DNA of 64,000 bases from Polyangiaceae bacterium (GTDB lineage: Bacteria; Myxococcota_A; Polyangia; Polyangiales; Polyangiaceae), in assembly GCA_044376115.1 (NCBI GenBank), contig JBILLK010000012.1, positions 128,001 to 192,000 of the forward strand, read 5' to 3'. A program made the translations under genes and the position numbers. Shown one piece after another: positions 1 through 10,342 of this stretch (position 1 is the stretch's first letter; every line of letters begins with the position of its first letter). The notes under the pieces are model-generated. The model made no database searches, was not told the DNA's origin, and saw only the letters and a program-made list of their open reading frames with translations.

Positions 1-2531
1 CGTTGACCTTCGCCGATCAGCGGTAACGGCAGCGCACGCGCGTGCAGGTCGCCCCCGCGCTCGCGACGTGTTGCCCAATCACCGAGGACGTACTTGAACA
101 GGTCGGGCGTAGCTGGATAGTCCGGCGAAACGAAGACACCGTTAGGATCAGCGAGCGTCCCCTCATAGCGATCGACACAGAGGTCCGCTCCGACAAGCAC
201 CATATCGGCTGGACAGCGTGCCCTGGATGGCGCTGCAGGCACAGGGACGAGCGTTGACGCCGAGGGTGCGCTGACCGTTGTAACAGCTGTCGGAAAGACC
301 TCGCTCACAACGAACTCAGCTTGCGAGCTCGGGCCTAGCATGCGCGTTCCAAACCAGCGCACCGTCCCGTCCGCAGCCCATTGGAACTCACCTTGAATGC
401 AAGCCGTGGCTTCATCCTGGCCAGACAGTTCAACGAACACCTGCGGGTTTGGCGTAGGCAGCCGAGCGGCAAGGCGACGCCCATCGAGACAAGCTGACGG
501 GGGACGATCGAGCCAGGAAGAGGAGACGGTGAGCATGGCTTCATCCGATATCCAGCTCACCCAGCGCTGCGATCTCGGGTAGAGCAGCGCACCTCCGGTT
601 GGTAGCGGCGACAGTTGCAGCGCGGAGAGACCGTCGTCCTCAACGGGTGGGGTGATCGAGTTCGTTCCCAGGAGCTGGCCGCGTTGATCGAGCGCAATGA
701 GCAGCACTTGCCGTTCGCCGGTGCGGCTCGCGATGAGCGCTCCGCCCGCTGCCCGCTGCGTCGCAACCAGCCGTGGACCCAGCTTGGCGGCGTGCAGCGC
801 TGGCTCGGACAACGTCCCCTCGCTCGAGAGCGTTTGAACCAAGAGGCCGTGATGAGTCCGCGAAAGAACGAGACCTGAGGTGGTTCCACCAACAACGGCT
901 TCGGCGTCTCGCGCCAACCGCCGAAGGGCGGGCTGAAGTTCGGGATGGAGCTGTCTGAGCTCGCCCTCCGCCTGCCACCAGCGGCCAGCGATGCGCACTG
1001 CCGACTGACGGTTGAGCTCGCGCACATCGCGCCGCTTGCGGCCTAAAAACCGAGGAGGCTCGCGCTGAGGCAAGAGGGTCGGCTCTTTCGCGTCACTGGA
1101 CACGGCGAAGAGGCCACTGCTCGCTTCGGTAAGGCCTGCGCCGTCCGGGGCAAAAGCGTTCCAAAACAGCGGAGCACGCTGCGCTTCGAGAGCTATGACA
1201 GGCTTGGGCGCTTGATCGTCTTTGAAGGTAACCAGCTGCTCGCCTTCGAACGTATAGGCCCGAGCACCCGAGTAAACGACGCGCCCGACGTCGAAGTTCG
1301 CTTGGCCCATCGTCCGCGCAACCTTGCTCGGATCGAGCGCTGGAAGTTGTCCCGGTTGGAACGGCTCCCCCTTGTGACGTGCGCGCGCTGTAAGCACCAA
1401 ACGTCGAGGATCGATGGTGCACGCTGGGTCATCGGGAATGAGCTGCATGACGAACGGCCCCACGAAGGTGACGTCACACTTGCCCCGTGGCCCGCGCAAG
1501 CCGAGCAGCAGCGAACCTTCGGGCTGTGTGAGCAGCCGCATCTCGGCATGGTCGGAGAGGAAGCCGGGATTCATCTTGCTTTCACCGAAGGACCGCCTCG
1601 TTGGCGGATCCAAGAGCAACGTTGAATCGAGCTGGGCATAGCCGAGCTTGCCTTCAGGCTCCTTGGTGCTCTTTTCGTTGGCTTCATAGAAGGCAACGTC
1701 CACGCGTGCGTTGCGAGCCACCGCGCCGATGAAGCCCATCCCCGCCATGGCCTCTCGAAAAGCGAGGCCGGTCGCGAACGGTTCTTCTGCCGCTTCATCA
1801 ATCCAACGCGCATCCACCACGACTTCCCGGCCGCTTGCGTAGAGGCGCTTCTTGAGTTGCTCGTCGCTCAGCGGTTTGCGCTTCTTCTTTGGCGGCTTTC
1901 TACCGTTGGTCACACTCGGTTTAGGTTTCGGCTTGGGCGCTGGAGGTTTGGCGGAAGCGCTGGGCACTACGCGCGGCTCGATCTTGGTGCCCGCTTCGAT
2001 GGACTCGTCGGCCTCCTGCTTAGAGCGCACGTCGAGCAAAGCGAGGCGCCCAGCGACTCGCACGAACGCATCACCGTCCGCGCGAAAGCACGGCTTGCGT
2101 TCCGCCTTCTCTTTTTCGATCACGACCGGACAGAACGCACCGCTCGAAGAAAGGATCACCGTTACGCCTCGTTCCTGCGCAAAAGCAAAAACGGGGTGCT
2201 CATCCGCCAGGGTCACCACCGGCCCAAACGGGCCGTTCTCATCGACGAGTTGGGCAAAGCCCAGCGGCTCTCCCGCATGGTCCGCGATCACCAAGGCAAG
2301 CTCGGAGTCGGCCACGCTCACCAGGGAAGTGCCGAGCGCAACCTTGGTCGGCGCGCCCAATCGAAACGACTTGCGACCCGAGGGCTCAACGGTGAGCTCC
2401 ACGTGCTCGTTCAACGTGGAGGTCGTCGCACTCGGGTTCCCGGCGCCCGCTCGGGGAGCGGCTTGGCCGCCGTTCGAGCCGCACGCGGCCAAGAACAATA
2501 GCGCGCCGGCACCGTAGACTCGGCGAGTCAT
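1..2531 (-). CDS. Large lipoprotein with C-terminal FGE-sulfatase (SUMF1-like) domain; 3' end outside window
   Basis: Absent from the ORF track, consistent with no stop in the window. Manual translation from ATG 2531 gives MTRRVYGAGALLFLAAC (lipobox LAAC). The same frame near position 200 reads RCPADMVLVGADLCVDRYE, the typical start of myxobacterial FGE-sulfatase domains. Confidence 0.75.
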   Translation of the reverse strand, partial: MTRRVYGAGALLFLAACGSNGGQAAPRAGAGNPSATTSTLNEHVELTVEPSGRKSFRLGAPTKVALGTSLVSVADSELALVIADHAGEPLGFAQLVDENGPFGPVVTLADEHPVFAFAQERGVTVILSSSGAFCPVVIEKEKAERKPCFRADGDAFVRVAGRLALLDVRSKQEADESIEAGTKIEPRVVPSASAKPPAPKPKPKPSVTNGRKPPKKKRKPLSDEQLKKRLYASGREVVVDARWIDEAAEEPFATGLAFREAMAGMGFIGAVARNARVDVAFYEANEKSTKEPEGKLGYAQLDSTLLLDPPTRRSFGESKMNPGFLSDHAEMRLLTQPEGSLLLGLRGPRGKCDVTFVGPFVMQLIPDDPACTIDPRRLVLTARARHKGEPFQPGQLPALDPSKVARTMGQANFDVGRVVYSGARAYTFEGEQLVTFKDDQAPKPVIALEAQRAPLFWNAFAPDGAGLTEASSGLFAVSSDAKEPTLLPQREPPRFLGRKRRDVRELNRQSAVRIAGRWWQAEGELRQLHPELQPALRRLARDAEAVVGGTTSGLVLSRTHHGLLVQTLSSEGTLSEPALHAAKLGPRLVATQRAAGGALIASRTGERQVLLIALDQRGQLLGTNSITPPVEDDGLSALQLSPLPTGGALLYPRSQRWVSWISDEAMLTVSSSWLDRPPSACLDGRRLAARLPTPNPQVFVELSGQDEATACIQGEFQWAADGTVRWFGTRMLGPSSQAEFVVSEVFPTAVTTVSAPSASTLVPVPAAPSRARCPADMVLVGADLCVDRYEGTLADPNGVFVSPDYPATPDLFKYVLGDWATRRERGGDLHARALPLPLIGEGQ

Positions 2532-2546
2532 CCGCTTGAGAGCAGC

Positions 2547-3125
2547 CTACTGGCCGGACTTCATGCTGGCGGGCACATTCTCCGCCTTGGTGCGGGTGCC
2601 GTCGGGCATCACCATCTCGTGCGTCGAAGGATCGTACTTGGAGGCGCACTTCGCCATCACCAAGTTCGCCTCGAATGAGGTCTGGCCTTTGGTGAGTTCA
2701 CCCTCGACGGTGACCTCGACGCCGCCTTCTGGGCGGTCGCGGAAGGTGTCGGGGAGGACGCACTTCGCGTAGCGAACAGGCAGCTCCTTGTCGTTCTTCT
2801 GCATCGTGAAGTGGTACTCGCAGCTCTTCACCTCTTTGAGGGTGCCAGGCACGAGCAGACCGTCAACGCGCAGACGCTTGCCCTTCAACGTCTCTGCCTT
2901 CGCCACCACCTCATCGGTTGGCATGGCGTAAATGGCAGCCTCTTTGAACCCAACCAGGAACAGCGTCACCACACCAGCAGCGACGGCGAGGAGACCTGCC
3001 AAGAGACCCAGGTTCGTCTTTTTCTTCGCTCGAGGAAGAGTCTCAGCCGAGGCTTCTCGTGCAGGAGCGGCGACCTCGTCGGTGTCCTTCAACGCCCTTG
3101 AGAGTTCTTCGTTTAGGTCGGACAT
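2547..3125 (-). CDS. ccmE: Cytochrome c maturation heme chaperone CcmE (CxxxY variant)
   Basis: N-terminal TM, RLRVDGLLVPG, LPDTFRD...VTVEG, and AKCASKY (Cys in place of the His of HxxxY). Confidence 0.9.
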   Translation of the reverse strand: MSDLNEELSRALKDTDEVAAPAREASAETLPRAKKKTNLGLLAGLLAVAAGVVTLFLVGFKEAAIYAMPTDEVVAKAETLKGKRLRVDGLLVPGTLKEVKSCEYHFTMQKNDKELPVRYAKCVLPDTFRDRPEGGVEVTVEGELTKGQTSFEANLVMAKCASKYDPSTHEMVMPDGTRTKAENVPASMKSGQ

Positions 3126-3196
3126 GAGGCTTGAACCATAGCAAACTTGGCAGGCTAACGCTTGGACTCGTTCGACCTACCAAGCTGCACGAATCA

Positions 3197-4621
3197 TCAC
3201 TGTGCAGGTGCGTCCGGCGTGCCTTCTTCCGGACCATCCGGCTGCGGGGCAGGTGCGGTGCCATCTTCTGCTGGAGACGGCTCAGGCGAAGGGTCGGGCG
3301 TGGGCTCGGGAGCGGGTGCTGCGTCCGGCTCTCGAGCTTCAGGCTCGGCGGTCGCAGTGGGGGTCTTCGGGCGTAGATTCGGCATGCTGGGACGATTGGG
3401 TCGCTCAACCTTGGGAGCAGGGCTGGCCGGCTTTGCGTCGTCTTCTTCGTCGTCGGAAGCTTTCTTCTTCTTGCTGAGCGGGCTGTCCCCGGTTCCAGTC
3501 GCCTTTCCTCCTTTGGGGCCGTCAGCGCTGGTTGCGTCGTAGCGAAGCCGCGACAGTTTGCCGTGGACGTGGAAGCCCCAGAGGCCATCGGCGCGTTTGG
3601 CGCGTTTCATTTTCTTGTCCTGGGAGATCAGCGCCGGGAAAGGTCCATCGTCGACGAACAGGGCCTGGGTACGTTCATCCTTTTGTTTGTACTCCTCAGA
3701 GAAGCCGAACTTGAGCCAAAGGTCCGCCACCGAGCCATCCCAAGCTTCTTTCAGCTTGATCGTGCCATCCCCGTGCAGTTCAACATCCTGGCCCTGTGCG
3801 TCGAACTTCTCGAGCTTGAGCAAACCGGAATCGGCTTTTGCAGCGATCTCGAAGGTCCCGATGTTGGCGGGTGGCAGAGCCAACAAATCGCGGAACTTCG
3901 TCTTGCCGTCGCCCATCACCATGCCGGTGATCGAGAGGTTGAAGGCTCCCGAAGCTTTGCTCCATTTGCCGCTTGGAGCGGAGAGCTCCAGCTTGCCATT
4001 CGCAACGCCCTTCAGTGGGACGCCCGTCACGTCGCGCAGCGGCATGATCTGAGCGAGATCGATGTTCTCGAGAGAGACCTCGAGATCTCCACCGCCAACC
4101 GGCACCACGCCGTTGACCTCACCGCCGAAAACCGAAGCCGAGAAGTCCACCTTCACCCGACCGATCAAGAGCGGGAGAATGCGCACACGCGCGTGGGCTT
4201 CTTCCACCAGCACGACGGTGTCTTTGGGAGCCTTCTTCTCGTCTTTCTCCTTGCCGGGCTTGTCCGAGCTCGAGGCCGCGTCCGCGCCGTCCTTGACTGC
4301 GTTAGGACCGAGCCGCGGAGCTGCCGAGCCAACTCGTGTCGACGCAAGACCTTTGGTTGGCTCGTCCTCCGAGCTCTCCGGCGGCATGATGATCTTGGCG
4401 CCGGTCAGTTCGACCCCGGAGAGCCAATAACCATCGAGCTCGGCGATCTGCAACCGCCATGCGCGATCACCTTTGGATGATTGCGCCTTGGCGAACTCGT
4501 TCTCGATGCGGTGTTTGAGCGCGTCCCACGGGAAGGTGAGGTAGATGCAACCGATCAAACAGAAGACGTAAAAGATCGGGTAGAGAACGTACTTGAGCGC
4601 AGCGATGATCTGATTTCTCAC
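3197..4621 (-). CDS. gspN: Type II secretion protein GspN (deltaproteobacterial type) with Pro/acidic C-terminal tail
   Basis: N-terminal TM followed by YLTFPWDALK, beta-rich body; last gene of the gsp run, 4-bp overlap with gspM. Confidence 0.8.
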   Translation of the reverse strand: MRNQIIAALKYVLYPIFYVFCLIGCIYLTFPWDALKHRIENEFAKAQSSKGDRAWRLQIAELDGYWLSGVELTGAKIIMPPESSEDEPTKGLASTRVGSAAPRLGPNAVKDGADAASSSDKPGKEKDEKKAPKDTVVLVEEAHARVRILPLLIGRVKVDFSASVFGGEVNGVVPVGGGDLEVSLENIDLAQIMPLRDVTGVPLKGVANGKLELSAPSGKWSKASGAFNLSITGMVMGDGKTKFRDLLALPPANIGTFEIAAKADSGLLKLEKFDAQGQDVELHGDGTIKLKEAWDGSVADLWLKFGFSEEYKQKDERTQALFVDDGPFPALISQDKKMKRAKRADGLWGFHVHGKLSRLRYDATSADGPKGGKATGTGDSPLSKKKKASDDEEDDAKPASPAPKVERPNRPSMPNLRPKTPTATAEPEAREPDAAPAPEPTPDPSPEPSPAEDGTAPAPQPDGPEEGTPDAPAQ

Positions 4622-5208
4622 GGCGTTTCCTCGTCAGACTCTTCAGAGTTCGGCTTGGGCGCTTCCTTCTTGGGTTCTCCCTTTTTCTCGTAGTGGGAGA
4701 CGTGAACCTCAACATCAAATTGGTCAGGCTCGGAGCCCTTGGGTTTGATGTTGAGACGCGTGATCGCCACGGGAAAATTGCTCTGTTCGATCTTCTCGAA
4801 CATCTTCACGATCCCGAGCATGCCGACCTTCTTGAACTTGAGCGACGTCACGTGCTCGCTGTACTTCTTGCCGTGAGGTACGTCGGGTCGAGTTTGGCTC
4901 TCCTCGATCACGAGATTGTTCGCCTGCGCTGCGTCTTCCAAGAAGGACGCGAAGGGCGGCATGGCCCGTGAGTAGCGCAGGTTCGAAGCATCTCGCTCGG
5001 CCTTCTTCTTGTCGATCTTCGAACGGCCGTCGCGGACCTTCTCGATGTAGTCGCGGATCTCCTGGTTCTGATCGCGACTCGCACTAACGCTTTGATAGAC
5101 GTACGCCGGCAGTAGCAAGAAGACGATCAAACCAACCGCGATACCGAGCCCCGTGAGCAGAGACCGTTCACGCGGTTCCATTTTGGCGAAGCGCTCACCG
5201 AGCGTCAT
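4618..5208 (-). CDS. gspM: Type II secretion protein GspM
   Basis: N-terminal EPRERSLL + TM + coiled coil + ferredoxin-like domain; sits between gspL and gspN. Confidence 0.75.
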   Translation of the reverse strand: MTLGERFAKMEPRERSLLTGLGIAVGLIVFLLLPAYVYQSVSASRDQNQEIRDYIEKVRDGRSKIDKKKAERDASNLRYSRAMPPFASFLEDAAQANNLVIEESQTRPDVPHGKKYSEHVTSLKFKKVGMLGIVKMFEKIEQSNFPVAITRLNIKPKGSEPDQFDVEVHVSHYEKKGEPKKEAPKPNSEESDEETP

Positions 5209-6707
5209 TGTGCGCCCTCTTTCTCATTCTTCGCCGGCTCGGAGGCCTTCTTCTTCTTTTCTTCGCAGCGCAAATCCATCTCGAGGATGTACTTCTGCTT
5301 CTCGGGACCGGACTGCGTGACCTTCGACACCTTCACATCGCGCAGACAGGGGTTGGTACGCATCGCGGCAGCGATCGTGTCGGCCGTGGCTTGAGCGTCC
5401 GTGCCAGTGGGCAGGATGCCCTGAATGATCGCGTGGCCGCGGTTGATGTCGAGCTCTGCAACATCATGCACGACGTCCTTCGGCACGGCCTTGGATAGCT
5501 CGACCATCACGTCGAACGCATCCACGGCCGGGAACGGATCGTCATCGGCCGCGGGCCCTTTCTCCAAGAGTTCAGTCGCCCGCGCAAGATCGCTCGTCTC
5601 TTCGCCGAAGACCTCTTTGGTCGTCGACTTGAGCTCTTCATCGAGCAAGGCTCGCTCAGCGGAGAGCGCCCGCATCTCCGCGATGACGTTAAAGCCGAAG
5701 GAGACGAGTACGACAAGTCCGAGGCCGGCCAAGAGCGGTAACTTCTCCTGAATGAAGGCAAAGGATCGTGCGGTCGCGAGCGCTCCTTGGCGCAGGTTCA
5801 TCGAGCGTGACTTCGTGTCCCCCGCGAGCGCCACTGCGATGGCCCGCGCGAAAGACGGCACTTTCTCGGCAAGCTCCGGGCTCAATCCCTCCACGTCGAG
5901 CTTCGGCAACTCGGCCACCGGCACGCCAAGCGTGGCGCTCAGGTAGGTCGCCGCTCCAGCGATACCAGCACCTTCGCCCACGAGATAGAGCGTCGAAAGA
6001 GCCCCACCGCCAACCGCGCGCCACCCAGCGATCGACTGCTTGAGCTCACGGGCGATGTCTTTCGCGGTTTCCGGGAGCCCCGTCGTCCCGCGCGAAACGG
6101 TGCGAGCAAAACATGGTTGGCCCGCCTCGAGAAACACGAGCTCAGATTGGTTCTCGCCGAGATCCAAGATCGCAACCGGGCCTCGCGGGCTGCCATCTTC
6201 GTTCGTCGTGCTCGCGAGCTGAGGCGCAACGAGAGCGAGGTTGGCCAGCGGCAGAGAGCCTGCGTCAACGACATCCGGCTCACGACCGATCGCCGCCTTG
6301 ACCAGCTCCACCCGCGCACGAACGTCCTCCTGGCGCGCTACGGCGGCGAACACGGTCAGCGCCTCCGTCCCTCCCTTCGGCGAAAGACGTCGATGGTCGA
6401 AGACCGCCTCATCGATCTCGAACGGCACCGACGATTCGAGTTCGAATAGCAGCACGCTCTCGAGTTCTCGTGACGCGGTGTTCGGCAGTTCGAGCCGCCG
6501 CAAAAAGCAGGATTCGCCGGGAAGGGAGATGCTCACCGAGTCGACGCGCGTGCGCCCAAGCAGCTCGGCCAACGCCTTCTCAGCCGTGCGCTCCCCTTCA
6601 ATGGGTAGCGACAAGAGCGCCTCAACCGCGGCCTTGCGATAGGACGTGCGCAAGATGGCCACGCGCACGTGACGGGGTCCAATATCAATGCCTGCGAGAC
6701 GCGCCAT
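5205..6707 (-). CDS. gspL: Type II secretion protein GspL (PilM-like actin fold + TM + periplasmic domain)
   Basis: LAGIDIG N-terminus, FELESSVPF, ILDLGE motif, MNLRQG before the TM; operon position. Confidence 0.85.
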   Translation of the reverse strand: MARLAGIDIGPRHVRVAILRTSYRKAAVEALLSLPIEGERTAEKALAELLGRTRVDSVSISLPGESCFLRRLELPNTASRELESVLLFELESSVPFEIDEAVFDHRRLSPKGGTEALTVFAAVARQEDVRARVELVKAAIGREPDVVDAGSLPLANLALVAPQLASTTNEDGSPRGPVAILDLGENQSELVFLEAGQPCFARTVSRGTTGLPETAKDIARELKQSIAGWRAVGGGALSTLYLVGEGAGIAGAATYLSATLGVPVAELPKLDVEGLSPELAEKVPSFARAIAVALAGDTKSRSMNLRQGALATARSFAFIQEKLPLLAGLGLVVLVSFGFNVIAEMRALSAERALLDEELKSTTKEVFGEETSDLARATELLEKGPAADDDPFPAVDAFDVMVELSKAVPKDVVHDVAELDINRGHAIIQGILPTGTDAQATADTIAAAMRTNPCLRDVKVSKVTQSGPEKQKYILEMDLRCEEKKKKASEPAKNEKEGAQ

Positions 6708-6712
6708 AGTCC

Positions 6713-8107
6713 TTACTCGATGCGGTGGTAGATGATGACACCCATAGGATCGCTGGCCAACGCTTTGACGGCCTCCTCGGGGGTGATCTCATTGGAAGGT
6801 GGGGTTTCGGTCTCATCATCCGTCGACGTTTGACCGCCGAGCTCGTTCGCCGAGCGAAAGTCGACGACGGTATGCGTTCGGATCCGGGTCTCGCGCTTAC
6901 GTCCTGTCACGATTCCTTCGGCATAGATGCTGAAGACGCGACTCTCCGTCGAGACGGCTTTCTCGACTTGCTTTGGCGACTTGAACTCGATCGGCTCAAG
7001 CCCGAAGAAGGAGAAGAGAGGACCAATTCCCTTTCCCTTCCCAGCCATCGCGCGGACGAAGGACTTTGGCGTTTTGAAGAGCGGTGCTCCTTGAGTCAAT
7101 TCGCGCGCGAGCGTGAGAGCCGTCAGAAACGCGCTCATCTGCTCGGGATCGACGCAAACTGGGGCCTCTGGCGCGCCGGAACAAACCACCGCGAGGATGG
7201 TCTGCGGGTTGGCTGAGTTGACGTTGATCTTTCCTTGGCCCCACACCGTCAACACTCGCGACCCCGGATCATCAGGGTTGGGTTCGACGAAGTTTGCCCA
7301 GAAGTCATCGCTGACACCGCGAACCAAATGCAGCTCGTCGAGCGAATCGAACGGCGCGTTCTTACGCAAGTAGGGCAGCCCCACCGACTGGTAGAAGTTG
7401 TCCTCCGCGCCCTCCGTCGACCTTTGCGTTGGGTCACAGGGATAGGAGATCTCGTCGTAGTCCGCCCAATCACTGAGCGCGCCACAGATCACAGGCTGAT
7501 TCGAGAACTGACCGTCGAGGTCGGGCGTCTCAAATAGCTCGTTGTACTGGGGCGAACCGAACAGCCCAAGCAGCTGAGCGCCGAGTCGGTCCTTTGCGCC
7601 TGAATCTCCGCTGACCGCAGCGTTGACGTTGATCTTGGCGTCTTCATCGACGATCACCAGGTCAAAACAGCTCGCGCTGGCCCCAAGATTCTTGCCTTGT
7701 TCGAGGCTCGCCCCGGTGATCGTCGAGAACTTGTCGGCTTTGGCTGGGCAGTTGAACGGGCCCAAGACCATGTCCTTGAACTTCCAAACCGGCACCTGCG
7801 GCGCTGGCGCCTTCAAGGCCATGCGGTACAGCGGATCGACCGCTTTGCGCACCATCGGCTCGGTCGAGATCAGCAGCCGCGAAAGATTCATCGCGCTCTT
7901 GGCGGCGTATTCGGCGCGCATTGCATCGCGCTCGGCGATGGCTGCAGACACCGACGCTGACGTCGTCTGCTGCAGCTCGGTCACGAACACCATCAACACC
8001 ACTAGCGAGCCGAGCACCAGAATCAGCGCCACGCCTCGACGCTGGCCTTTGCGGCCTTTGCGAACGCGTGCGCGGATCTCGGCGTAGCGACTCGATTGCG
8101 CGCTCAT
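6713..8107 (-). CDS. gspK: Minor pseudopilin GspK
   Basis: RRG|VALILVL prepilin motif lacking E5; DEDAKININ-like motif, KNAPFDSLDELHLVRG, KINVNSA. Confidence 0.9.
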   Translation of the reverse strand: MSAQSSRYAEIRARVRKGRKGQRRGVALILVLGSLVVLMVFVTELQQTTSASVSAAIAERDAMRAEYAAKSAMNLSRLLISTEPMVRKAVDPLYRMALKAPAPQVPVWKFKDMVLGPFNCPAKADKFSTITGASLEQGKNLGASASCFDLVIVDEDAKINVNAAVSGDSGAKDRLGAQLLGLFGSPQYNELFETPDLDGQFSNQPVICGALSDWADYDEISYPCDPTQRSTEGAEDNFYQSVGLPYLRKNAPFDSLDELHLVRGVSDDFWANFVEPNPDDPGSRVLTVWGQGKINVNSANPQTILAVVCSGAPEAPVCVDPEQMSAFLTALTLARELTQGAPLFKTPKSFVRAMAGKGKGIGPLFSFFGLEPIEFKSPKQVEKAVSTESRVFSIYAEGIVTGRKRETRIRTHTVVDFRSANELGGQTSTDDETETPPSNEITPEEAVKALASDPMGVIIYHRIE

Positions 8108-8802
8108 TGTGGGATCCCGAACGTGAGCGGTGCGCGCATCGTCACCGGTGCCTTGGTAACGAAGACGTAGGGCGGTCCGCCGCCGCGACTCGTCAGTTCA
8201 ATCTCGATGCGGACCTGCAAGGGAAGCCGCTCGAACTGACCTGTGGGCTGCGTGGAATCCCAGGTATCCACCCACTCACCGAGCACCGGATCGAGGTACG
8301 AAAGCTCGAATCGCGTAACGCCCTCCGCCATCACTTGGACCGTGCCCCCAGACTCTGGGCTCATGTCGATCACGGTCGACTCGCGGCGCGCGATGACGTT
8401 CTCACCCGTCTCTGGGTTGTTGGTCACGAAGTAGGAGAGCTCGTTCTGGTCGCTCTCACGGGCCGAGAAACCAAGCCTTCGGTGCGAGAACGACGTAAAG
8501 TCGAGCCGGTCGAACTTACCGCCGTCAGTGCCCTTGAACAGCGTTTGGCTGACCTGGAGGCCTGGATTCGCGAGCGGACGGTGGAGCGAGAGAAACGCCG
8601 CTTGCACCTCGCGTGTGATGCGAGCCAGCGCCGACCGCCCTTGATGAAAGCGTTCCCCCGATTCATCCACGCTCTTCTTGGTGCGACTCATCGCGTCGAA
8701 CGCGCCATAGGTGATGCTCGCCACCAACGTCATGATGCCGATCGCCACCATGATCTCGATCAGGGTCACACCCCGCCGACGGCGTCGCACCGAGCGCCTC
8801 AA
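8104..8802 (-). CDS. gspJ: Minor pseudopilin GspJ
   Basis: RRG|VTLIEIMVA prepilin motif; C-terminal WVDTWDS...LPLQVRIEIEL. Start moved to TTG 8802 (overlapping gspI stop) or GTG 8790, rather than 8916. Confidence 0.85.
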   Translation of the reverse strand: MRRSVRRRRRGVTLIEIMVAIGIMTLVASITYGAFDAMSRTKKSVDESGERFHQGRSALARITREVQAAFLSLHRPLANPGLQVSQTLFKGTDGGKFDRLDFTSFSHRRLGFSARESDQNELSYFVTNNPETGENVIARRESTVIDMSPESGGTVQVMAEGVTRFELSYLDPVLGEWVDTWDSTQPTGQFERLPLQVRIEIELTSRGGGPPYVFVTKAPVTMRAPLTFGIPQ

Positions 8803-9572
8803 GGTTTTTCCTTCTTCGGGTCTTTGGTGGTCTTCGGGTCCTCTTCCTCTTCCTCTTCTTCCGTCAGACCGCTCAAGTTGGCGTAGACACCTGCCTCTTT
8901 GGAATTGGTTACCCACTCCTCGAGTTCGATCGAATACTCCTTCTTTCCCTCGTACCAGCTCACGCGAACATTTACTCGGCGCGTGCCTGCCTCGAAGATC
9001 GCCTTGAGGTCGGGGTAGACGATCTGCATCACCAAGGCGGCAATTCCATCCATCATGCCGTCTCCGCCCCCGAGGAAGGAATCAGCGACGTCGGAAACGT
9101 CTCCTGATTGTTGGGCGAAGGTCGAGTTACCGGCCTTGAGAAAGCTCATCGCCGCGCCGCCAGGAGCAGACGCGTTGCCTGGACCACCGAGCCCTGGGAC
9201 GAGCGATGGCCCACTGCCAAAGTCGAGCTCGGAATCGAGATCGAGCTGACCGAACTGGGCCGGCGGAAACTCCGGCTTGGTCACACTCCAGCGACACACC
9301 ATGCCGGGCTTTTCGATCGCATCACAACAGGGGCCGCTGTCCTCGACGTCGGTGATTTGGTAGCCGTTTTGCTCCAGATCCCACTCCAGCTCACTCATCT
9401 TGCAGCGCACGAGACCGATGGCCTCACTCTCATTGCGCGCATGTTTGATGCTGGCGAAGCTCACCCACTGTGCGGAAAAGATCGCCGTCACGCCCACGCC
9501 AAGGATGGCGACCGCGACGAGCACTTCGAGCAGGGTGAACGCTCGCCGACGTGTCCTAGTTCGCCGATTCAT
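8799..9572 (-). CDS. gspI: Minor pseudopilin GspI
   Basis: RRA|FTLLEVLVAVAIL prepilin motif; RRVNVRVSW near the C-terminus; between gspH and gspJ. Confidence 0.8.
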   Translation of the reverse strand: MNRRTRTRRRAFTLLEVLVAVAILGVGVTAIFSAQWVSFASIKHARNESEAIGLVRCKMSELEWDLEQNGYQITDVEDSGPCCDAIEKPGMVCRWSVTKPEFPPAQFGQLDLDSELDFGSGPSLVPGLGGPGNASAPGGAAMSFLKAGNSTFAQQSGDVSDVADSFLGGGDGMMDGIAALVMQIVYPDLKAIFEAGTRRVNVRVSWYEGKKEYSIELEEWVTNSKEAGVYANLSGLTEEEEEEEDPKTTKDPKKEKP

Positions 9573-10339
9573 CCTGGGTCCCCAAGCTCGGATGCTTCTG
9601 CAGCCGTAAGAGGGTTGGGAGGATCCAAACGCCCGCGCTTGATCGTGGCCTTGCCCGTCAAAGGCGAAATCAGCACGGTCATGAAGCCGTGTGTATCGTC
9701 CTCCGAGGCGTTGCTCATACGCAGTTGGATGGCGGCATGCTGCGTCTGCCCACCCGGAAAGAAATACAAGTAGGCGTTCCCCTCACGAATAGGCTCGGGC
9801 TGGTGGGCCGCTTGAACCTGCCAAAACTGAATCGTGCTCGGCAGCTCCACACCTTCTTCAGGAAAGCCAACTGTCTCAGCAGCACGGAACGTCGCCTTTG
9901 GCGCTCGCAACGTTGAGGCAGCTGCGTTCTCGGCAGCTTGCGCCTCGATGTCGTTGGCGGCCTCCGCGCCGCCGTTGCGGTCGTTCGACAGCAAGTGTCG
10001 GCCCTCTGCTTCTTCGAGATAGATCTTGCTCTCGGTGAAATCGAAGTTCAGGCGAACAACCTTAGAGACGGCGGTTGCGTGGGCATACGCAACTCGGGTG
10101 GAGCCGGCGACCTGGGTGGCGGCCTGCTTCAAGCGTGCAGAGCCGACTGCCCCAAGGCTGATCACGGCGATCCCAGCGATCGCAGCGATGATCACGAGTA
10201 CGATGATGATCTCCACCAGCGTGACGCCACGGCGCAAACGAACAGCGCAGACAAGCGCTCCCCTCAAAGCCCTCGATTGGGGCTGCGAGACCCGACGTAC
10301 CGGCCAGGTACTCGAGACGGCGGGAAGCGCTCCTTGCAT
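9569..10339 (-). CDS. gspH: Minor pseudopilin GspH
   Basis: RRG|VTLVEIIIVLVII; AYLYFFPGG and ISPLTGK motifs typical of GspH/FimT-like proteins. Start uncertain. Confidence 0.8.
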   Translation of the reverse strand: MQGALPAVSSTWPVRRVSQPQSRALRGALVCAVRLRRGVTLVEIIIVLVIIAAIAGIAVISLGAVGSARLKQAATQVAGSTRVAYAHATAVSKVVRLNFDFTESKIYLEEAEGRHLLSNDRNGGAEAANDIEAQAAENAAASTLRAPKATFRAAETVGFPEEGVELPSTIQFWQVQAAHQPEPIREGNAYLYFFPGGQTQHAAIQLRMSNASEDDTHGFMTVLISPLTGKATIKRGRLDPPNPLTAAEASELGDPG

Positions 10340-10342
10340 GAG

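Noticed and set aside
8803..8916. ORF-track N-terminal extension of gspJ
   Set aside because: Overlaps the gspI C-terminus; the prepilin motif places the start at 8802 or 8790.
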